Source of the DNA: Candidatus Saccharimonadota bacterium
GTDB lineage: Bacteria; Patescibacteriota; Saccharimonadia; Saccharimonadales; UBA4665
Reading direction: 5' to 3'
NCBI GenBank assembly: GCA_963718045.1
Contig: OY970350.1
Coordinates: forward strand, 270,001-302,000
DNA: 32,000 nt
The notes beneath the pieces were generated by a model that ran no database searches, was not told where the DNA came from, and saw only the letters and a program-made list of their open reading frames with translations. This document shows, in pieces, positions 23,970 through 32,000 of the stretch (position 1 is the first letter of the stretch; each line of letters opens with the position of its first letter). A program made the position numbers and the translations under genes.

Positions 23970-24623
23970 TTAGCCGGTTTCTGGCAAGCTCGTATAGTCA
24001 ACGCCGGACTCAGCCAATACGTAGCCTGTAAATTGTCTTAGTCTAATAAAGTCTGCCTCATAAAAGTCAGTTGGATAAAAATCAGCAGCTTCACTTTCCA
24101 TTAATTCAATCTCCGTCAATGCTTGGTCTCCAAGGTATTCGACATAGCCTGGACGTGTTCTGGGATCTAAACTGTCAAATTCACGCCTAGCTGCAGCCAA
24201 AGCCTCAATAGTTCCCTGTTTTTCTCCATATGCAATTATACCCCGTCGTCCCATTAATTCAGCCAGCAGACGTTCAGGGCTGTCATCCTCTCTGGTTTGC
24301 TTCAGTAATGCCCATTCTTCATCACGTATTTGCTTTACCTTAGCTATTTCTTCCGTGATTACCAAGCCACGTCTTTCAGTGGCATTGCTGGCTTCTTTTT
24401 CAAGCCTGGCTAATTGATCCGTAAGTCTCGCAACCCTATTGCCATGTATCATTGCCTGTCCGGACTTTTTTGCCTGGTGCCGCCCCATGTCACCAGGGAA
24501 ATTGCTCCGATAATTCCACAAAGCTACTACATCACTTTCAGGCTTGGGTATGGCCGCTACAGCAGTTGCTAACCTTCTAACATCTTCGCTTAATCCTGAT
24601 TCTGCTTCCATTATTTCTAGCAT
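23970..24623 (-). CDS. Hypothetical acidic protein
   Basis: 217-aa ORF with SD AGGGGA 6 nt upstream. E/R/A-rich helical. No motif recognised. Confidence 0.45.
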   Translation of the reverse strand: MLEIMEAESGLSEDVRRLATAVAAIPKPESDVVALWNYRSNFPGDMGRHQAKKSGQAMIHGNRVARLTDQLARLEKEASNATERRGLVITEEIAKVKQIRDEEWALLKQTREDDSPERLLAELMGRRGIIAYGEKQGTIEALAAARREFDSLDPRTRPGYVEYLGDQALTEIELMESEAADFYPTDFYEADFIRLRQFTGYVLAESGVDYTSLPETG

Positions 24624-24714
24624 CGATTTCCCCTAGTAGCTATATTGAATCAGAGGTGCTGATGAAAGACAGTTAGAATTAATACAACTATTAACCTTCG
24701 CTAAAAGTGCACGT

Positions 24715-24966
24715 TTAAGCTAAAAGTTTGTGAGACTTTAAGGCTGCGTCTATTTTTGGTTTGTCAAAACCAATAATAATATCGCCGCCAATATCTATAA
24801 CCGGGATGGCTCTTTGGCCGCTTTTCGCTTCCGCTTCTTTAGCTGCTGTTGGTTCGTGATCGACATCATGATCTTCATATTTGACACCTAATTTGTCTAG
24901 GTATTCTTTGGTCGCATGACAGTAGGCACACCAGGCAGCACTATAGATTATTACTTTTGAATCCAT
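24715..24966 (-). CDS. Glutaredoxin-like / NrdH-like small redoxin
   Basis: 83 aa. VIIYSAAWCAYCHATKEYLD (CxxC after beta1), RAIPVIDIGG (cis-Pro region), and GF near the C-terminus. Confidence 0.8.
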   Translation of the reverse strand: MDSKVIIYSAAWCAYCHATKEYLDKLGVKYEDHDVDHEPTAAKEAEAKSGQRAIPVIDIGGDIIIGFDKPKIDAALKSHKLLA

Positions 24967-25026
24967 AGCTCTATTTTAACATGGTTAAGGTGTTGAACCT
25001 ATACTTTAAATAAGCAGAATTCATGA

Positions 25027-25056
25027 TTGCGTGACAGATGTCACAAATGTTATAAT
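25027..25056 (+). promoter_or_regulatory. ATP synthase operon promoter (TTGCGT-18 nt-TGtTATAAT), leaderless start
   Basis: -35 at 25027-25032 and extended -10 at 25048-25056. The ATG at 25064 begins 7 nt after the -10. The 14-bp palindrome GTGACAGATGTCAC (25031-25044) lies in the spacer. Confidence 0.5.
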
Positions 25057-25063
25057 TTAATAG

Positions 25064-25381
25064 ATGAAGCAGACGAAAGCGCCGAAGTTGACGCCCTCGC
25101 CTAGCCGTAGAGATAAATCTGGAGCGATGGCAGGTAATGTTAAAGCCTCCTCGGTGTTCGTATCGATGGCTCTTGATATGTCCTGGAGGCTGGCCGTGGT
25201 TGTTATAATTCCGATAGTAATCGGGGCTACGATTGATGATCATTATAAGGTGGGAGCACTCTATTTAATCATTGGTTTAGTTTTAGCCCTTGTCCTAGCT
25301 ATTTTAGTTGTTTACCAGAGCTACCAGGAAGCTAATAAATTAACGTCTGCCATGTTTAAGGGGAAGAAGAATGCTCGCTAG
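25064..25381 (+). CDS. Small membrane protein of the AtpZ/AtpI type (F0F1 operon-associated)
   Basis: First gene of the atp operon. Basic N-tail and two TM helices, with IGATIDDHY between them, as in the AtpZ family. Confidence 0.6.
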   Translation: MKQTKAPKLTPSPSRRDKSGAMAGNVKASSVFVSMALDMSWRLAVVVIIPIVIGATIDDHYKVGALYLIIGLVLALVLAILVVYQSYQEANKLTSAMFKGKKNAR

Positions 25382-26210
25382 GCTGCTGGCTTCAAGCGGA
25401 CCGGTAGTTCACATTGCTCCTGGCAGCGTTCTAACGATTGACGGTGTTAGTATTACCAACTCTGTTCTTTACGGCTGGATATGTGCTATTGCCATTATTA
25501 TTACTTTAGTGCTGGTTGCAAGACGGGTCAGCGTTAAGCCCAAAGGCGGTCTGATTCAATATGTTGAAGTTGCCGTTGAGTTTATCCGTAATATGGTTGA
25601 GGGTGCTTTTGAGAATAAGCGAACAGCTAAAAAATACACGCCTTACTTTGTTACCATCTTCTTCTTTATTCTGCTCAATAACTGGCTGGGTCTGCTGCCT
25701 ATTGTTGGTGAAGGTATTAAATCCAACAACTACCCTTTGTTCAGGCCTTTCACAGCTGATTTAAGCGCTACCCTAGCTATGGGTATTGTGACCATGATAT
25801 TTGTTTATGCGGCATCGATTCATGAATCTGGGGGCTTCAAAAAATATATGAAACATTTTTTTGTCGGCAGCCCTAAAAACCCGCTGTTTTTAATTATCGG
25901 CATACTTGAGATGATAACCGACTTAACCCGGGTGATTAGCCTGTCGCTTCGACTTTTCTTAAATGTAGCTATTGGTGAAATAATAATCGCTGTCTTTTCT
26001 TATTTAGGCCATGTGTTAGCGCCTATTACTGCTCTGCCCTTCTTCTTAATTGAGTTGTTTATTTGTGCCCTTCAGGCCTACATATTTACAATCCTAGCCA
26101 CTATGTACTTGGCAGTGGCTGTTAACCATTCATTAGCTCATGACAACGGCCACTTGACCAAGGAAGAAGTTCCTGAAACAATGGGCCAGTTGACAGGGGA
26201 GAACGCATGA
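25371..26210 (+). CDS. atpB: F0F1 ATP synthase subunit a
   Basis: SD AAGGGG. 5-6 TM helices. Essential-Arg motif ISLSLRLFLNVAIGE. Position in the operon. Confidence 0.9.
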   Translation: MLARLLASSGPVVHIAPGSVLTIDGVSITNSVLYGWICAIAIIITLVLVARRVSVKPKGGLIQYVEVAVEFIRNMVEGAFENKRTAKKYTPYFVTIFFFILLNNWLGLLPIVGEGIKSNNYPLFRPFTADLSATLAMGIVTMIFVYAASIHESGGFKKYMKHFFVGSPKNPLFLIIGILEMITDLTRVISLSLRLFLNVAIGEIIIAVFSYLGHVLAPITALPFFLIELFICALQAYIFTILATMYLAVAVNHSLAHDNGHLTKEEVPETMGQLTGENA

Positions 26211-26244
26211 TAAGTAAAGTTAATAAAATAAGGAGTATAAGCAA

Positions 26245-26472
26245 ATGACATTTGCAGATGCAGTCAATACTGCCATCATCGGCAAGGGGCTGATGATTGG
26301 CGGCGGGTTTATCGGGCCGGGTGTTGGTATTGGTTTAATTGGCGGTAATTACCTTCAGGCTGTTGGCAGGAACCCCGAAGCCGCTAAGTTCTTAGGCCAG
26401 GCTCTAATCTTCGTGGCTATAGTTGAGCTGTTTGGCCTTCTTGCTTTCGCTTCAATATTCATCGTTAAATAA
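26245..26472 (+). CDS. atpE: F0F1 ATP synthase subunit c
   Basis: SD AAGGAG. 75-aa hairpin, Gly-rich helix 1, loop GRNPE, and carboxylate in IVELFGLLAF. Confidence 0.9.
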   Translation: MTFADAVNTAIIGKGLMIGGGFIGPGVGIGLIGGNYLQAVGRNPEAAKFLGQALIFVAIVELFGLLAFASIFIVK

Positions 26473-26482
26473 AGGAGAACCG

Positions 26483-27025
26483 TTGATCATACCTGGACTT
26501 CAAATTATGGGGACTAGTTCGAGCGGCATAGGCGCGCTGGGCTTTAGTTTGTCCTCGTTTGTTATCCAGCTTATTACCTTTATATTAGCCTACTTAGTTC
26601 TTAGGAAGTGGGCTTTTAAACCAATCTTGAAGAGATTAAATGAGAGACGCGAGCTTATTTCTAAAGGTGTCAATTTGGGCGTGGAAATGCAGAAAGAAAA
26701 GCACACCTTAGAAGATAAGCTGGCTAAAGAAGTGGCTAAAGCAAGAGCTGAAGCCGATGATATTATCTCATCAGCTACTGAGACAGCTAAAGAGACTGTG
26801 AATAAGGCCCAGGGTGATGCAGCTACTAAGGCGGAGATAATTTTAAGCGAAGCCAGGCAGCAGACTAAACAGGAAATGGCCCGGGCTAAAAAATCGCTGG
26901 AAGGTGAAATTATTAGTCTTGTTTCTGATGCTACTGAAGTTATTGCTGGCGAGAAGATTGACGCTAAGAGAGATGCCGCGCTTGTATCTCGTGCTTTAGC
27001 GGGGGGAGCTAAAGATGAGGCCTAA
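26483..27025 (+). CDS. atpF: F0F1 ATP synthase subunit b
   Basis: SD AAAGGAG (26471-26477) lies 5 nt before the in-frame TTG 26483. This start is preferred to ATG 26423, which would overlap atpE by 50 nt. One TM, then a long charged helix. Confidence 0.8.
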   Translation: MIIPGLQIMGTSSSGIGALGFSLSSFVIQLITFILAYLVLRKWAFKPILKRLNERRELISKGVNLGVEMQKEKHTLEDKLAKEVAKARAEADDIISSATETAKETVNKAQGDAATKAEIILSEARQQTKQEMARAKKSLEGEIISLVSDATEVIAGEKIDAKRDAALVSRALAGGAKDEA

Positions 27026-27422
27026 ACGCGGTCGAATTGCCGAAGTAATTACCGAGAAGCTTGACCACGGTCAAAGCTTAAAGAGCTTATCTAGGGAAAT
27101 TGCCGCCTATTTATTAGCTGAGGGAAGATCTAAAGAGCTCAGTTTAATTATACGTGACGTTATTAGGCTAAGAGCAGAAAAAGGCTTTATTGAATCATCG
27201 GCTACTACAGCCCACGAACTCAAGCCAGAGGCAGAAAAGTCGCTCCATGACCTTATTAGGACCGTTAGGCCAAATGCCAAGAAGATCATTATTGACCATA
27301 AGATAAACCCTTATGTAATTGGCGGAGTTCGACTAGACATTATTAACCAAAGACTGGACTTATCTGTTAGGGCCAAGCTGAACAAACTTAAATACTTGAC
27401 AATTAATGGAGGAATAAAATAG
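27015..27422 (+). CDS. atpH: F0F1 ATP synthase subunit delta (OSCP), short 135-aa form
   Basis: Operon position. C-terminal [29 protein letters not shown] matches the OSCP C-terminus. Confidence 0.8.
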   Translation: MRPKRGRIAEVITEKLDHGQSLKSLSREIAAYLLAEGRSKELSLIIRDVIRLRAEKGFIESSATTAHELKPEAEKSLHDLIRTVRPNAKKIIIDHKINPYVIGGVRLDIINQRLDLSVRAKLNKLKYLTINGGIK

Positions 27423-28983
27423 TGGCGGACGTATCTATTCGTGATTTATCCCAGGATATTAGAAAAGCTATTGAAGAGATTAAGACCAGACCAGCCATAG
27501 AGGAAGTCGGTGTCGTTGCTAGAATTGGTGACGATATCGCCTGGATTTATGGACTGTCTAAATGTGGTTACAGCGATATGATTGAAATTGAATCTGCCAG
27601 CGGCCAAAAAGTAATAGCCTTTGCTCTTAACTTAGGCGAAGATGAAATTGGGGCTGTACTTCTTGGCAGCGAGCTGGATATTAAGGCTGGCGACACTGCC
27701 CGTCTGGTTGGCAAGGTTCTTGAAGTACCAGTTGGGCCCGAGTTAATTGGCCGGGTAGTCGATCCGCTTGGTAATCCGTTGGACGGCGGTGGGCCTATTA
27801 AAGCCAAGCATTATTCCCGAGTCGAAAGACAAGCTCCGGGCGTTCTAGACCGAAGGGTTGTCCATGAGCCGATTATGACTGGTCTTGTGGCTATAGATGC
27901 TATGGTGCCAATTGGCCGGGGACAACGAGAGTTAATTATTGGCGACCGGCAAACTGGTAAAACAGCTATTGCCGTTGACACAATGGTTAACCAAGCCAGA
28001 CAGAAAACTGGAGTTATTAACATTTATGTCGCTATCGGTCAAAAACTGTCAAAGATTGCCGCTTTGCAGGAAAGATTAAGACGCGAAGGCGTTATGCAGC
28101 AGACCATAATTGTGGCCACTTCTCCGGCCGACCCAGCTGCCCTTCTATACCTGGCTCCATATGCCGGCTGTGCTATGGGTGAGTACTTCCGGGACAATAA
28201 GGGACATGCGCTTATTATTTATGACGACTTATCTAAGCATGCTGCTGCCTATAGGCAGATGTCGCTGCTTCTTAGGCGTCCGCCGGGCCGGGAAGCTTAT
28301 CCTGGTGATGTTTTCTACCTTCACTCTAGGCTGCTGGAAAGAGCGGCCAAACTTAACGATGAATTAGGCGGCGGTTCCTTAACTGCTCTTCCTATCATTG
28401 AAACTCAGGCTGGCGATATTAGCGCTTACATACCAACCAACGTTATTTCTATTACCGATGGCCAGATATTTCTCGAAAACAGTCTTTTCTACCAGGGTAT
28501 TAGGCCGGCAATTTCAGTTGGCCTGTCTGTTTCCCGGGTCGGCGGTAAAGCTCAGACTAAAGCCATTAAAGATGCCGGCGGCGGTCTAAAACTAGCCCTG
28601 GCTCAGTTTAGAGAGTTAGCTGCTTTCTCCCAGTTCTCAACCGATCTTGATGCCGAAACTAGGCACATCATTGAGCATGGCCAAAGATTAACCGAGCTAC
28701 TTAAGCAGCCGCAGTACAGCCCGTATTCTGTTTGGCAGATGTACGCCCTGCTTTATGCTGCTAACGAGGGAGCTTTTGATAAAGTGCCTATAAATAAGAT
28801 TGCCCACGCCTGCGAAAACCTGCTTGACGAACTTATTCAAAAGCATGTAAAGGTCACCGAGAGAGTAAATAGCGGTGACAAAGTTAGCGACAGCGATAAC
28901 GAGGTAATCCATAAAATGGCTAAGATGATTGCCGATAGCTATAGCGAGAAGGCCGAACCTGAAAACGGGAGTAAGAAAAATTA

Positions 28984-28984
<1 letters not shown>
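27422..28984 (+). CDS. atpA: F0F1 ATP synthase subunit alpha
   Basis: The GTG start overlaps the atpH stop. P-loop [38 protein letters not shown]. Confidence 0.95.
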
Positions 28985-31249
<2,265 letters not shown>

Positions 31250-31250
<1 letters not shown>

Positions 31251-31684
31251 TGATTCGTTTTCAGCTTATATCAATTACCGGAAAAAAGTTTGATAGCGAC
31301 GTCTATGAAGTTGTCCTGCCTACTGCCGACGGCCAGATAGGCGTGCTGCCAAAGCATATGCCCCTATTTAGTGTCGTTACTAATGGGGTAATCATGGTTA
31401 GGCTAAATAGAACCGACCCAGACTATGCCCGTGAGTTCTTTGCCACCAATGGCGGCGTTATAGACGTTAACGGCAATGTCCTGCGCGTTTTAGTTGATGA
31501 AGCGGATAAAGCCGAGGATATTAACTTAGCTGAGGCTCAGGCGGCTTTAGAGCGGGCTAAAACAATGAAAGCTGAAGCCAAGGATCAAATTAGTCTGGCT
31601 CATGCCCAAAGCCTAATTGACCGCCATGAAGTCAGGCTTCATGTAGCCAGCCTAAAGCACCACCACCAAAGACCATCTAGCTAG
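31250..31684 (+). CDS. atpC: F0F1 ATP synthase subunit epsilon
   Basis: TAATG overlap with atpD. GQIGVLPKHMPL motif and a C-terminal helical hairpin. Confidence 0.85.
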
Positions 31685-32000
31685 CAGTAGGCTTAAGTTT
31701 AACCGTACAAAAAGCACATCGGGTTGCTTTAACTGGAATACTACTTAAACATTCCGGGCACTGCTTTTCTGTGGGTTCAATTGGTTTATTTCTTTTTGAG
31801 AATGCTACCAGCGAGTTAACAGGTTTTACTATCAGGAAGAAGACAATTAAGGCAATTAAAATAAATGAGACGGCGGCGTTAACCACTTCACCGTAAGAGA
31901 AAGTTGAGCCGTGGACTTTAAAGTAGTAAGTTGCGAAATTGGCCTTACCGCCGGTAATTAAAGTTATGAGCGGGGTGATCATATCTTTTGTGAGCGACTG
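31677..32000 (-). CDS. mscL: Large-conductance mechanosensitive channel MscL with a C-terminal CxxC...CxxC tail (N-terminus outside the window)
   Basis: The reverse strand is open to the window edge (...QSLTKDMITPLITLITGG..., compare the MscL loop D-I-I-M-P-x-x-G). TM2 is VSFILIALIVFFLIVKPVN. The tail is CPECLSSIPVKATRCAFC. Confidence 0.75.
   Translation of the reverse strand, partial: QSLTKDMITPLITLITGGKANFATYYFKVHGSTFSYGEVVNAAVSFILIALIVFFLIVKPVNSLVAFSKRNKPIEPTEKQCPECLSSIPVKATRCAFCTVKLKPTAS

Noticed and set aside
24971-25243. 90-aa minus-strand ORF spanning the grx/atp intergenic region
   Set aside because: It runs through both divergent promoters and is antisense to the atpZ-like gene. 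The translation is R/H/N-rich with no features.
26245-26472. Possible Na+-specific c subunit
   Set aside because: The residue after the carboxylate is Leu-Phe (VELFGLL) with no Ser/Thr, and helix 1 lacks the Gln of the Na+ signature. This is consistent with an ordinary H+ c-ring.

Overview
This is a gene-dense bacterial chromosome segment of roughly 45% GC (estimated by eye). It holds about 38 protein genes, one tRNA and one riboswitch. I found no CRISPR array, IS element, transposase or integrase.

The content points to a reduced Gram-positive-type genome, plausibly a Patescibacteria/CPR (Saccharibacteria-like) epibiont. The evidence is compact MetK and ATP-synthase delta, an actinobacterial-type GuaB1, a sortase, many orphan secreted or membrane proteins, several glycan-handling genes, no biosynthetic operons, and convergent genes overlapping by 4-8 nt. 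This lineage assignment is inference only.

Housekeeping features:
- SAM riboswitch with metK
- guaB1-type IMPDH/GMP-reductase family gene
- pcm
- tRNA-Asn(GTT)
- smpB
- malic enzyme
- cobA-type corrinoid adenosyltransferase
- glutaredoxin/NrdH-like redoxin
- complete F1Fo operon (atpZ/I-like, atpB-E-F-H-A-G-D-C)
- partial mscL

Accessory features:
- GT4 / (alpha/alpha)6-like / GH130 module
- divergent clan GH-A hydrolase and GT2 pair
- lipid-kinase-like gene
- degenerate kinase-fold gene

The best candidate for an undescribed system is a tightly coupled minus-strand operon (13719 to 9336). Its order is: a 63-aa signal-less protein that is little more than an LPxTG-like sorting signal, a sortase, a processive GT2 polysaccharide synthase, a secreted tandem-CBM CE4 deacetylase, and a DUF3175 protein.

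Other notable points are a recurrent leaderless-mRNA promoter layout (-10 box 6-7 nt before the ATG), a fully resolvable SAM riboswitch switch mechanism, and a 27-nt direct repeat flanking a 1.8-kb orphan-gene segment.

All functional calls come from motif recognition by eye. No database search or folding program was run.
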